Below are positions 18,819 through 28,828 of a stretch of 64,000 nt of DNA, piece by piece. Where the stretch lies: contig JBBSZK010000002.1 of NCBI GenBank assembly GCA_038044745.1, positions 110,938 to 174,937 on the forward strand, read 5' to 3'. The position numbers and the translations under genes are program-made. Each line of letters starts with the position of its first letter. Position 1 is the first letter of the stretch. The notes beneath the pieces were generated by a model. It did no database searches. It saw nothing but the letters and a program-made list of their open reading frames with translations, and was not told where the DNA came from. This DNA comes from Nanobdellota archaeon. GTDB lineage: Archaea; Nanobdellota; Nanobdellia; Pacearchaeales; GW2011-AR1.

Positions 18819-19572
18819 TATCAACTCGATAGCGATAGCGCCGCGTGCCAATATCGCCTGCTTTCTTAATACGCATAATTCGCACCTTCTTTTTTGCCTT
18901 CTGCGATTCAGACAGAATAAGAGTGCGTAGCGCCTCTTCAGCCCCTGCTTCAGGATAAAACCCATAATAGTGTATCGTCCCGCCTTTTTTAATCGCCCTA
19001 AACGCTACATCCAAGAAACTATCCTCTAGATTAGGCCGTGCCATCACAATCCGATCAAATTTCCCCAGAGGATGAACCTTTCGTCTAACGTCCCCCTGTA
19101 TACAAACCACATGTGTTAATTTATTCCGTTTCACATTCTCAACCGCGTAACGGCTCGGTTCTCTGCCAAGTTCAACAGACACTACGCTAGAATCCTTATT
19201 GTTCTTTCCCATCACAATCGCAAACGGCCCTACACCACCAAACATCACCAGCACTCGCTCGCCCTTTTTCACAAAATCAGCAAGTTCTTTGCGCTCAGAC
19301 GCAAGGCGTGGAGAGAAATAACAGGTATCAACATTCAAGCGAAACGAACACCCATTCTCCGTATACAATGCCTCTTTCGTTTTCTCGCCCGCAATCCATT
19401 TTGTGGTCGGCGTCCGAAGACGTCCTTTAATCCGAGCGCTCTTCTCGAGCACCGTCGTAATCTCCCGATGGTCTTTCAAAAATCGAGTGGCAAATCGTTT
19501 CTTCTCAGATAATTTCGCACCCCGATCAAATTTGACAAGCACAAGGTTTCCAAGAACATCATACGGAGCCAT
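18805..19572 (-). CDS. Trm5/Taw2 (Met-10+) family tRNA modification SAM-dependent transferase
   Basis: YDVLGN, GRLRTP, ENGCSF, YFSPRLASER, MFGGVGPF, GTIHYY. Confidence 0.88.
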   Translation of the reverse strand: MAPYDVLGNLVLVKFDRGAKLSEKKRFATRFLKDHREITTVLEKSARIKGRLRTPTTKWIAGEKTKEALYTENGCSFRLNVDTCYFSPRLASERKELADFVKKGERVLVMFGGVGPFAIVMGKNNKDSSVVSVELGREPSRYAVENVKRNKLTHVVCIQGDVRRKVHPLGKFDRIVMARPNLEDSFLDVAFRAIKKGGTIHYYGFYPEAGAEEALRTLILSESQKAKKKVRIMRIKKAGDIGTRRYRYRVDIRVL

Positions 19573-19609
19573 AACCCCCAAGAAGAAAAGGAAGTTTAAA
19601 AATGGTTTG

Positions 19610-20371
19610 CTAAAGCTCAGAGCTAAGAGCGCGATACCGATATTCCAACTGACGAATAATCGTTTCAACCTCTCGAGAAGGGTTCTGAATCGAGCGGTAT
19701 TTCTGGAGATCATGTTCAAGATCTGCAAGTTGCTTAAGTTTGTGCCTTCGCGTAATCGCAACGGCTCGGGCAGAACCAAAGTAAGAGTGAATTGAACTAT
19801 CAAAGGAAAACGAAAGGAAAACGGCCGCAAACCCTGCCACGTACAACCAGTTAGACGCAGAAGAAATTTGCCCTGCAGGACGTGTGCCCCAGACAAACAA
19901 GAACACAATTCCATACACTATCCATGCAATTCGTCGTCCCGCACCACCGTTAACGCTTTGGTGAACAAACCAAAAATAAACGAGAAACGGAAGAAAGGTA
20001 GCTATCGCAATTCCAAGCGTACCGTACGGCAACAAAACACCACCTACAAATTCCTCGGGCATATACCGAATCGAAAGAACTGAAATAATCAAAGAAACAA
20101 GTGTACCCATACGCTTTTCCTTGAACATTTCAATTTTCTTCAAAACGCTCAAAATAACCATAAAGATAAGCAAAAACAGAAGTATTTTCGCAAAAAAGAA
20201 ATCATCGAACGAACTCGTCCCTAGAATCACTTCGAAAATCGGAGTAAAGAACTGCTTAATAGAATTTATAGCTTGCTCTTGTAAAAACTGGATATCTCCA
20301 AACGGCGCGGCAGAAACTAAAGGCGAAGCAAATAACAAAAAGAACAAAAACACAAAATTAAACACAGCCAT
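19610..20371 (-). CDS. Multi-pass membrane protein with signal peptide
   Basis: Several hydrophobic segments and a C-terminal helical tail. Confidence 0.8.
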   Translation of the reverse strand: MAVFNFVFLFFLLFASPLVSAAPFGDIQFLQEQAINSIKQFFTPIFEVILGTSSFDDFFFAKILLFLLIFMVILSVLKKIEMFKEKRMGTLVSLIISVLSIRYMPEEFVGGVLLPYGTLGIAIATFLPFLVYFWFVHQSVNGGAGRRIAWIVYGIVFLFVWGTRPAGQISSASNWLYVAGFAAVFLSFSFDSSIHSYFGSARAVAITRRHKLKQLADLEHDLQKYRSIQNPSREVETIIRQLEYRYRALSSEL

Positions 20372-20454
20372 AGAATACAGCAGCAAGCTCTCCTTAAAAA
20401 GATTTCCTCTACAAAACGCGAAATGTTTATATAGAGAACCGCTGTGAGTAAGGA

Positions 20455-21168
20455 ATGAGAGGGCAATTCAAACGAATTGGAACATCAATTTTAGCAGGAA
20501 TTGTAACATCTCTTCCTTTTGTATCAGCAGAAACAAATTTCGAGATATTTGCGCGAGGGTTATCACAAGGATTTTCAGGGTTTTTGTCAACTCTCAAAAT
20601 CGAACCTGCACTATTAACGACTCTTCTGCTTGGAATTTTGTTATGGATTGTTTTATACAGCATTGTAAAGAAAGTATTCAATTACGAAGGAACTGCAGGT
20701 TCGTGGTCCGCAGGAGGAGTTTCGCTCATAATAGTTTTCCTCACGTTTATCTATGTCCCAGACAATTTCATAGAAGCCATCGCACTGCAGTACAGCGCCA
20801 TGGGGGCGACTATCCTTACAATGATCCCCTTCCTTATTCTTTTATATTTCACAGTGGTAGTGAGTGACAGTTTATTCATCGCGCGAGTTATATGGATATT
20901 TTATACAATGTATTATCTAATAATTTTTGGCTACAAATTTGCAGAATCTGCAGCGGGAACATCCCTTATTACGCTGGACAATTTGCCTTATTTTGGAGCG
21001 ATTATAGCAGGAATTGCAATCATAGTTCTTTTGGGAGTTATGAGAGACAAGATATTTAGCACAAAACTAAGCTCGGACGCAGAACGAGCACTCAAAGGGG
21101 TAAAGGTACGAGAGACAAGCAGAAGAATACAAAATGAAGAAGCTGAAAGTTACGGTCTAGCAAGATAA
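20455..21168 (+). CDS. Multi-pass membrane protein, likely paralog of 19610-20371
   Basis: LPFVSA signal end; shared TM motif pattern. Confidence 0.8.
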   Translation: MRGQFKRIGTSILAGIVTSLPFVSAETNFEIFARGLSQGFSGFLSTLKIEPALLTTLLLGILLWIVLYSIVKKVFNYEGTAGSWSAGGVSLIIVFLTFIYVPDNFIEAIALQYSAMGATILTMIPFLILLYFTVVVSDSLFIARVIWIFYTMYYLIIFGYKFAESAAGTSLITLDNLPYFGAIIAGIAIIVLLGVMRDKIFSTKLSSDAERALKGVKVRETSRRIQNEEAESYGLAR

Positions 21169-21212
21169 CTTATTAGAGATAGGTATAAAAACTATTTTTG
21201 GATAGCGAGAAT

Positions 21213-21890
21213 ATGAAAAGAGGGATTATGCTTGGGTTAATACTGCTCTGTTTTTTCGCACTATCCTCCGCACAAACGCCCGATGAATTAGCAAACGATC
21301 CAATCGCAGGACAAGTCTTAAACACCGGAGAAAAGCTCACCGAGTTCTCAGAAAGCGACAATAAAACGTCTTACCTCTTGAATGAATGGACTAAAGTGCT
21401 TGAAACAAATGCGGCGGGGAGAGTTCTTGTAACGATAAGTGAATTTCTACAGAAAGCAAATCCTCTCATCGAAAAACTGATTGGATGGCCCTATGAATTA
21501 TCGTGGGCATTTTTCTTTGCGTTGGTGCTTTGGTTTACCATCGCCGGATTTGTCTGGCGCCCACTTAATGCACTCCTCAACAATAACCTTCTCGCACTTA
21601 TAGGGTCGTTTGTGATTGCGTCACTCATAGGCTTAACCGGAATAATCAAGAACGTTGTAAACCTCGCGGCATTCGCCATAAACAATATTTGGATTGCGCT
21701 TGTAGCATTCATAGGGGCCGTTATTGTAGCACTTCTATTCGAACGATTAGGAAAAATACTGGGGAAGAAAATAAAGGCTGCGAAAGAAGAAGCTGCGAAA
21801 GAAAAAGAGGCCCGTTCTCGCAAGGTGCTTAATGTAGATGCAAAAGTCGCGGAAAGAGATTTGGATTCGTACAAAGAAGGCGCAGACTAA
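21213..21890 (+). CDS. Membrane protein with signal peptide
   Basis: MKRGIMLGLILLCFFALSSA, three TM segments, charged C-tail. Confidence 0.8.
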   Translation: MKRGIMLGLILLCFFALSSAQTPDELANDPIAGQVLNTGEKLTEFSESDNKTSYLLNEWTKVLETNAAGRVLVTISEFLQKANPLIEKLIGWPYELSWAFFFALVLWFTIAGFVWRPLNALLNNNLLALIGSFVIASLIGLTGIIKNVVNLAAFAINNIWIALVAFIGAVIVALLFERLGKILGKKIKAAKEEAAKEKEARSRKVLNVDAKVAERDLDSYKEGAD

Positions 21891-22897
21891 AACAACCGCT
21901 TCTGCCCTTCTTGTTTTTTGACTGCCTGTAACTTTTCCAACTGCTTTTCAACACGCTCTCGAGAAAACTCGTGTTCATCCACAAGAATACGAAAAACCTC
22001 TCCCTCATTTAATTTCGGAAACACAAGTTTCTCGCGATGTACGTTGGGCTTCTTGAATATTTCAAAAATTGTCTGCCAATCAAAGTCCATGCGTCCTTCA
22101 ACTTCCTTGAAAATAGACACCGGATGTTTGAACTGTTTCACTAGCGCAAGCGCTTTTTTAGGACCGATGCCTTTCACGCCCCCTGGATTAAAGTCCGTCC
22201 CTACGAGGATAGCCAAACAAATCAACTGGTCACCCGTCACATCCAACGTATTCAACACTCTGTCATACTCAATCAATTCAGGTGCAATAAACACATAATC
22301 CCCATTATTCAATTTCCGTTTTCGTGCCAACGTCAAATTCTGAATCAATCGAGTCCCACCAACAACCAGCGCATCATAATCCTGTGATGCAACCGCGTAC
22401 GCTTCACCCATCCGCACCAATTCCGCAGCCTGCATCTCCCCTTCACCCGGAGCCTGCACAACACAAATACCCATGGCGACAAGCAATTCCTTTGACTCAG
22501 CAATCATTCCCGCATCAAGCTTCATAAATCCCCGAGAGTAGCGCCCCATACCTTCAATATCTTCCTCGTCACGCGCCACAGAATATTTTTCACGCATCGC
22601 TTCCTTTGCCGCATCTCGAAGTTCATGCGTCTTGCCTTTCAATTCATGATATGCTCCATCAAATACATACGCCAACTTAATACCTTCCGACATCAACGCA
22701 ATGTTTCGATAAAATAATCCCGATAAGTGGCTTGTGACGCGCTGCTTAGAGTCCATAAGCGGAGTTCCATCAGGTTGTCGAATCGACGATAAAAACTGGT
22801 AGAGCGCATTAAACGCATCAACCGCAATGATTTTTCCCTGTAAATCCTTAAACTCCAATGAAGTGCGTGATACAATATCGCCAATTTGCAAACCCAT
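21887..22897 (-). CDS. fen: Flap endonuclease 1
   Basis: AVDAFNALYQFL, TSHLSG, EGEMQAA, SQDYD, GTDFNPGGVKGIGPKKA, C-terminal QKRLF. Confidence 0.97.
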   Translation of the reverse strand: MGLQIGDIVSRTSLEFKDLQGKIIAVDAFNALYQFLSSIRQPDGTPLMDSKQRVTSHLSGLFYRNIALMSEGIKLAYVFDGAYHELKGKTHELRDAAKEAMREKYSVARDEEDIEGMGRYSRGFMKLDAGMIAESKELLVAMGICVVQAPGEGEMQAAELVRMGEAYAVASQDYDALVVGGTRLIQNLTLARKRKLNNGDYVFIAPELIEYDRVLNTLDVTGDQLICLAILVGTDFNPGGVKGIGPKKALALVKQFKHPVSIFKEVEGRMDFDWQTIFEIFKKPNVHREKLVFPKLNEGEVFRILVDEHEFSRERVEKQLEKLQAVKKQEGQKRLF

Positions 22898-22942
22898 GCA
22901 GAAAAAAATCACCCATTATTAATAAATATAATGACTTGCCCG

Positions 22943-23389
22943 TTAACGCAGGAGTTCATCTTCAGCTTCGAGTCGACGATTCTCCTCGGCAACGTGCACA
23001 AGAAGGTCGGGGCAATGTCTGCGAGCAAGAGAACCCACCTCATGAACAACGCGGTTAAAATAGGCACGAACCTCATTCACATTGAGACGACTATAGGATT
23101 CAAGAGGATACCCTATGGCCCGCAACTGAGAAAGACGTTTTCTTTGCCAAAAAGCCCCAGCTTCTTCATCTGGTGCAGATGGCGGAAGACGCGTAAGCGC
23201 CAAGCGAACAACGCGCTCAAAGTCGCAGCCCCTCAAAGAAGAGAGAGCATCAGCAGGTTCTTTTAATGTAAATCCCCCTCGGCGTACAAATTCGGCATGA
23301 GCAAACGCGTGCCCAATCTCTCCGCTTGGATCATGATCGGGGTCATAACTATCAAAAGTCATGCCCCTAATAATTGGACATTCTGCCAT
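22943..23389 (-). CDS. Hypothetical protein
   Basis: ATG 23389 with TTTATAAA about 22 nt upstream. Confidence 0.6.
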   Translation of the reverse strand: MAECPIIRGMTFDSYDPDHDPSGEIGHAFAHAEFVRRGGFTLKEPADALSSLRGCDFERVVRLALTRLPPSAPDEEAGAFWQRKRLSQLRAIGYPLESYSRLNVNEVRAYFNRVVHEVGSLARRHCPDLLVHVAEENRRLEAEDELLR

Positions 23390-23495
23390 GCTAAAAAGAA
23401 AATCGCTCGATTTATAAATTTTCTCACACATGGCTACTAAAAAGTACTCTAAATAAGCAGGTAAACAAAGTGCGCGATAATAAACATGCGCATCG

Positions 23496-23909
23496 CTATC
23501 GACGCTGCAAGTGCAATTCGCTTGAAGCACCACTGCAAATAATCGAAGGTATGCAACCCAAGGGGCCATAAGCTCGAAGCGATTCAAGCAGGACGTATAA
23601 TTGATCTTGAACTTCTTTGCCCACACTGAAAGGCTCCCGAGGATCGCGATCATCTATGATATCGCCAAGAGTATATTTGTAGACTTCCACACAATTATCG
23701 GGACGCGCACGATACGGAAACCAAAGGGTGCCTTTGTAAACATCACGCATAACCTCAGTGCGCACTTTGGCAATCTCCCCTTGAATAACCACTCCCGTTA
23801 ATCCTCCACGAGAAGCCGATAGTTCATGCACCGCGTCAGACGCCCATCGTAAAAAGGTCGAACGATTTCCGGTTTCCTCAAGCACAACACGTTCATGATG
23901 TGAATTCAT
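23496..23909 (-). CDS. Hypothetical protein
   Basis: 137 aa ORF with TTTAAAA box upstream. Confidence 0.6.
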   Translation of the reverse strand: MNSHHERVVLEETGNRSTFLRWASDAVHELSASRGGLTGVVIQGEIAKVRTEVMRDVYKGTLWFPYRARPDNCVEVYKYTLGDIIDDRDPREPFSVGKEVQDQLYVLLESLRAYGPLGCIPSIICSGASSELHLQRR

Positions 23910-23962
23910 AAAAACCGCACAAAGAGAGAGCTTTTAAACATTTCGAAAAAAGATTACAAAAA

Positions 23963-24793
23963 CTAACTATTTGTGTTCATAATACAATAAGCCGAACAAA
24001 CGACTTCAACACCCTGGTGCGTGCGATATGCGTTCAACTTCCACATTCCACCGACCTTCTCGACAGAGCACTGACCGCCGCCACCAGTCGCCTTTGGATC
24101 TATATACGTCTGAGAAAGCGCACAAAATCGCGCGCCCCCCACGGTAGGATCAAAATCTTCGCGATAGGGAGCAATATCAGTCACGACATCGTCAATCCCA
24201 GAGTTAGACACCAGCTGAATGCGCGCATTTCCAATACCATCTTCATACCCCCGCGTAACTCCCCACCCCACTTTACAATCATCTCCTATGCAGAGCTTAT
24301 CTGCTTTAGATGTACCGCCCACATCAAACGTAACCGTAGGCACGGACTTGTTCAACCCCACTTTAGTCGCGGCTGCAGAAGGATTTCCATTAATGAGAAG
24401 TACGCCTCCCTGGGCAGCGTAATCGATATTGGCCTTGACTATCCCATTATAGATAAAATCGATGAACTGATGTCGATCGCCCGAACCATTTGCAACAAGA
24501 GCCATTCCGGTATACCCGTCAGAACTATTAATAAAAAGCTCGGGTTGATAATTACCCCGATGAATACTCGAGTTACCTATACCCAGATGTCCAGGAAACG
24601 CATACCACGCACTAACTCCGCCCGCAAACGTTGACTTTCCACCAAAGGGCTCAAGGCCGCTTCCATCCCCCGTCATACTCGCATCATGGCCGGGGTTCGG
24701 CGTAGCCGCATACACAAACACAACCCCTAACAAAACCGCAAAACCTGCAAAAACAAGAAGTGCACGCTTACCAATCGTCACCTCAATCTTCAT
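23963..24793 (-). CDS. Secreted/anchored adhesin-like protein with Cys-containing C-terminal domain
   Basis: N-terminal TM then NPGH, GIG/VGL beta repeats, LCIGDDCK..W, FCALS...C...CSAYC. Confidence 0.7.
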   Translation of the reverse strand: MKIEVTIGKRALLVFAGFAVLLGVVFVYAATPNPGHDASMTGDGSGLEPFGGKSTFAGGVSAWYAFPGHLGIGNSSIHRGNYQPELFINSSDGYTGMALVANGSGDRHQFIDFIYNGIVKANIDYAAQGGVLLINGNPSAAATKVGLNKSVPTVTFDVGGTSKADKLCIGDDCKVGWGVTRGYEDGIGNARIQLVSNSGIDDVVTDIAPYREDFDPTVGGARFCALSQTYIDPKATGGGGQCSVEKVGGMWKLNAYRTHQGVEVVCSAYCIMNTNS

Positions 24794-24843
24794 GCGTTCT
24801 AAAGATAAAAAGACTATTTAAAGATAACTCTCTATCAAGGGCC

Positions 24844-27168
24844 ATGAAAGCATTTATTGTATCGGCAGACTGGGATGAAATCGAAAACAAAACACTTGTA
24901 CAACTGTTTGGCCGCCTCGAGAACGGGCAGTCATTTTGCACCATCCACACCGTCACCCCTTATTTTTTCATCGAGAAAAAGAATCGTGCAAAACTTAAAG
25001 GCCCCGAGTTAAAAGCAGATATCGAGGAAACGACCTTGAAAACGTTCGCAGAAGAACCAGTTATAAAAATAAGTCACCCGCTTCAGAGCGAACTTACAAA
25101 ACTTGCAAAATATTGCGCTGCCAAAAAAATTGCTTTGTTTGAAGCAGATATAAAACCGCATCAGCGATTCATAATAGACAATGACCTCAAGGGTTCGTTA
25201 GACATACAAGGTTCCTATGACAGAAGCGACCGCCTTGACCGCCTTTACGTAGACCCGACAATCACCAAAGCAGAGTACAAACCCGAGCTCAACGTCCTCT
25301 CGATAGATATAGAATCAGACAAAGACAATGATAAATTATACTGTATAGGGCTCTACGCAAAAAACTACAAAAATGTATTTATCATCTCAGACAAAAAGTT
25401 AAGAAATGCCACAGCCTGTAAAGACGAATCAGACTGTTTGCAGAGAGTAAAAGATAAAATAATCGAACTGGACCCCGACATAATAACCGGATGGAATATA
25501 GCTGACTTCGACTTTCCTTACCTTCGCGAGCGATACGAAAAAAACGGCGTATCTTTTGATATTGGCCGTACAAACGAAACCACACACATGCGCATAAGCA
25601 AAGACTTCTTCAGAAAGTCAACAATTTCAATTCCAGGACGGCAGGTGCTCGATGGTCTCGCACTTCTCAAAGACCCGTTTATCAAAGAAGCACCTTCGGT
25701 AAAGTACATAGATATTGAAACATGGACGCTCGAAAACGTATCGCAAGCAATCCTAGGAGAAGGAAAACTTATCAAAGGAAAAAACAGGCATCTTGAAATA
25801 GAACGCCTCTTCAAAGAGAAAGAACACCAAGCACTCGTCGATTACAACCTCCAAGATTGCAAACTTGCGTATGACATTCTTGAAAAAACAAAAACTCTTG
25901 AACTTGCGATAGAACGCACGCAGCTCACAGGACTCACGTTTGACAGACTCACGGCCTCAATCGCCGCATTCGACTCGCTCTACATACGAGAAGCAAGGAA
26001 GAAGGGCTTCGTCTCACCTTCAACAGAATACACCAGCAAAGAAGAACGCATCAGAGGAGGGTACGTAATGAACCCTAAGCCCGGCATATACCATGATGTA
26101 CTCGTACTCGACTTCAAATCGCTCTATCCCTCAATCATAAAAACGTTTAATATTGATCCCGCATCACATCTCAAAGAAAAAGAAAAAGGAGCTGTAGTAG
26201 CGCCCAACGGAGCGGCATTCAAAAATCAAGAGGGAATATTGCCAGGGATTATAACGGAATTACACGCCGCACGAGAAAAAGCGAAAAAAGAAAAACGAGA
26301 ATTCTCGAGCTATGCAATAAAAATTATCATGAATTCATTTTTCGGCGTATTAGCAAGCCCGAATTGCAGATATTTTTCCCTCGATATGGCAAACGCGATC
26401 ACCCACTTCGCACAATTTATCATTAAACTGACGGCTCAAAAAATAGAAGAAAGAGGCTACAGTGTGATCTACTCGGATACCGACTCGGTGTTCATAAACG
26501 CAGAAGGTAAAAAAACAAATCCTGCGGATTTGCAAAAACATATAAACGAATTCTATAACGAATTTGTAAAAAAAGAATATGCAAGGATATCCTACCTCGA
26601 CATAGAATTCAAACGACACTATCTTTCATTTCTGCTCCCCCCCATACGAAACACCAAAGAAGGTGAAGAAAAAGGTTCCAAAAAGAGATACGCAGGGTTA
26701 TACAAAAAAGAAAACAAAGAAGAATTAGAAATAATCGGCCTCGAAGCCATACGTGGAGACTGGACCGATGCTGCGCAAGACTTCCAGAAAGAGCTATTGC
26801 TCAAAATATTTCATCGGGAAGAATGCGTCCCCTTCATAAAAACCTATGTAAAGAAGATACAAGAAGGAAAATTGGATAACAAACTAGTTTATCGCAAATC
26901 AATCCGAAAGGAACTTGAAGAATACGTAAAAACCACCCCTCCCCACGTAAAAGCAGCACGTAAATTAGATAAATTAGAAGGAAACCTCATAGAATACTAC
27001 ATGACTGAAGACGGTCCCGAGCCACTTCAAAAGCTTAAACACAAAATAGATTATGGGCACTACATTGAAAAACAAATAAAACCCATAGCGAACGCCATCC
27101 TCTTTTTCTTTAATCTAACATTTGACGACATTTTAAAAGAGTCGAAACAGACAAAGCTATTCGCATGA
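24844..27168 (+). CDS. polB: Family B DNA polymerase, bacterial Pol II-like
   Basis: DIESD, GWNIADFD, DFKSLYPSII, KIIMNSFFG, YSDTDS, GSKKRYAG, PPHVKAAR. Confidence 0.95.
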   Translation: MKAFIVSADWDEIENKTLVQLFGRLENGQSFCTIHTVTPYFFIEKKNRAKLKGPELKADIEETTLKTFAEEPVIKISHPLQSELTKLAKYCAAKKIALFEADIKPHQRFIIDNDLKGSLDIQGSYDRSDRLDRLYVDPTITKAEYKPELNVLSIDIESDKDNDKLYCIGLYAKNYKNVFIISDKKLRNATACKDESDCLQRVKDKIIELDPDIITGWNIADFDFPYLRERYEKNGVSFDIGRTNETTHMRISKDFFRKSTISIPGRQVLDGLALLKDPFIKEAPSVKYIDIETWTLENVSQAILGEGKLIKGKNRHLEIERLFKEKEHQALVDYNLQDCKLAYDILEKTKTLELAIERTQLTGLTFDRLTASIAAFDSLYIREARKKGFVSPSTEYTSKEERIRGGYVMNPKPGIYHDVLVLDFKSLYPSIIKTFNIDPASHLKEKEKGAVVAPNGAAFKNQEGILPGIITELHAAREKAKKEKREFSSYAIKIIMNSFFGVLASPNCRYFSLDMANAITHFAQFIIKLTAQKIEERGYSVIYSDTDSVFINAEGKKTNPADLQKHINEFYNEFVKKEYARISYLDIEFKRHYLSFLLPPIRNTKEGEEKGSKKRYAGLYKKENKEELEIIGLEAIRGDWTDAAQDFQKELLLKIFHREECVPFIKTYVKKIQEGKLDNKLVYRKSIRKELEEYVKTTPPHVKAARKLDKLEGNLIEYYMTEDGPEPLQKLKHKIDYGHYIEKQIKPIANAILFFFNLTFDDILKESKQTKLFA

Positions 27169-27626
27169 AAATCCCTTATTTCAAACAGGAGACTATCTGG
27201 ACCTGCGGACCTGCAGTCGTACGTTCAGCGCTTGCATACTTCGGAATAAAAAAATCAGAAAGGCAATTAGTGAAAGAGCTCAACACAAACAAAATAATAG
27301 GGACTCGAAATAAAGCCATAACGAGCCTTATAGAAAAATATAAGCTCAACTACATCGTAGAAAGAAACAAATTCAACCCTTCTAAGCTAAAAAAACTCTA
27401 TGAAGAAGGGCACGTGATACTCATTGATTACCATCATGTAGCGGACGATAAAGGGCATTTTGCAATTATTGAAAAGATAGACGACAAAAGAATTGCACTC
27501 ATGGATCCGTGGGAGGGACCAGGACAAGTTCATAGCATAAATAAATTCAAAAAAATCTGGTATGATGATGAAGGCAACCGCTTCTGGTATATCGCAATAT
27601 CACGACCGCCTAAATCTCAAAGATAA
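27165..27626 (+). CDS. C39-like cysteine peptidase
   Basis: QETIWTCGPA, GHFAII, LMDPW (Cys-His-Asp). Confidence 0.85.
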   Translation: MKIPYFKQETIWTCGPAVVRSALAYFGIKKSERQLVKELNTNKIIGTRNKAITSLIEKYKLNYIVERNKFNPSKLKKLYEEGHVILIDYHHVADDKGHFAIIEKIDDKRIALMDPWEGPGQVHSINKFKKIWYDDEGNRFWYIAISRPPKSQR

Positions 27627-28218
27627 CGCCCTTCTTGCCTACATTGATTACGCGTGTCCCTTCTATGAGTTCATCGGCGCCTGCCGCCTCATGAATATGC
27701 CCATGAATAAGAATATCGGGTTTAAACTTTTGAATAGCTTTCCGAATAGACTTGCTTCCGGAAACGCCCGAGAGTTCTGATGCGCTCCCCAAAGGATGCA
27801 TATGTGTCACCATCACCTTTTTTTCAATACCCTCAAGCCCATTATGCGCCTGTTCGAGCGTCTTCAAAAGTTCTCGTTCAGACAACGAATTAAACGGACC
27901 AATATCTGCTCCGCCCGCACCAAAAAAACCCACACTACCGTAACGAGCCGAATAACCGTGAATATTTTTCATGCCATAGAACTGTGCTAAGAAATCCGTC
28001 GTAGCAAACGAATCCCAATTACCTGGAAGTAAGAGCACTTTCTGCCCCCTGTCTTTGAAAGGCTTGATTAAATTCGGAGTTTCAACAATCCCTGTGATAT
28101 CCCCACACAACACGACCACGTCGGCCTGTTCTTTCTCCGCACGAACAGCAAGCTTTTTGGTCGCTCGCGTATCTCCATGAATATCGGAGGCAGCTAAAAT
28201 GCGTATTTTTTTACCCAT
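27610..28218 (-). CDS. Calcineurin-like metallophosphoesterase
   Basis: SDIHG, CGDI, PGNWD, THMHP, HGHIHE. Confidence 0.92.
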   Translation of the reverse strand: MGKKIRILAASDIHGDTRATKKLAVRAEKEQADVVVLCGDITGIVETPNLIKPFKDRGQKVLLLPGNWDSFATTDFLAQFYGMKNIHGYSARYGSVGFFGAGGADIGPFNSLSERELLKTLEQAHNGLEGIEKKVMVTHMHPLGSASELSGVSGSKSIRKAIQKFKPDILIHGHIHEAAGADELIEGTRVINVGKKGVIFEI

Positions 28219-28376
28219 AAAAACCTCAGGAAAGACAACCTTAAAAGACTATCGTTTATCGACGACAAGAGAAAGCATTATGTACTCGTGACAGAGATTA
28301 ACTACTACGTCAGGTAACAAATAATGAGAAAAGTTTAAAAGCACCCTACTTATCGCACATATAGGTTCAAACACAT

Positions 28377-28655
28377 ATGTCAGAACATAGCAAAGACAAT
28401 TTCGATGTATTCTTCAGACGCAAGCCCGCCTTGATGCTCGTTGCGTTGAAGAAGCTCACCAAAGCCAGATACGGCTCTATTTTAGCGAAAGAAGTCGATT
28501 GTACCTATAGCCACGCGGTAAAAATCCTGCAAACCTTGGAAAAGCTCGGCTTAGTCGTATTTGAAAAAAAAGGGCGCATGAAGCTCATCAAACTCACCAA
28601 GAAAGGCCAAGAAATCGCAGATAATATAGAGAATATTAAGAGAGTTGTTGGATAA
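28377..28655 (+). CDS. MarR-like winged-helix transcription regulator
   Basis: LAKEVDCTYSHAVKILQTLEKLGLV...KGR...LTKKG. Confidence 0.85.
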   Translation: MSEHSKDNFDVFFRRKPALMLVALKKLTKARYGSILAKEVDCTYSHAVKILQTLEKLGLVVFEKKGRMKLIKLTKKGQEIADNIENIKRVVG

Positions 28656-28732
28656 TTTTCTAGAAAAGCAAACCCCAATAAAGAAGAGATATTCATAAGA
28701 ATAAACAAAGGTGTATATTACAAAAGAACAAA

Positions 28733-28828
28733 ATGAACCCGATGGGATTCCTGAAACTTCATCAGAAGTGAAGGCCAGCGAATAGAAGATTCGCGCAGCG
28801 TTCAAATCCAGATGACCCCGATGGGATT
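28733..28828 (-). repeat. 17-bp (1 mismatch) duplication of tRNA-Lys 3' end
   Basis: + strand ATGAACCCGATGGGATT at 28733-28749 vs ATGACCCCGATGGGATT at 28812-28828. Confidence 0.85.

Noticed and set aside
18805-19914. 369-aa version of the Trm5-like ORF
   Set aside because: The extension overlaps the upstream membrane gene; family similarity starts at MAPYDVLG (19572)
22943-23653. 236-aa version of the hypothetical ORF
   Set aside because: It overlaps 23496-23909, and a TATA box supports the start at 23389
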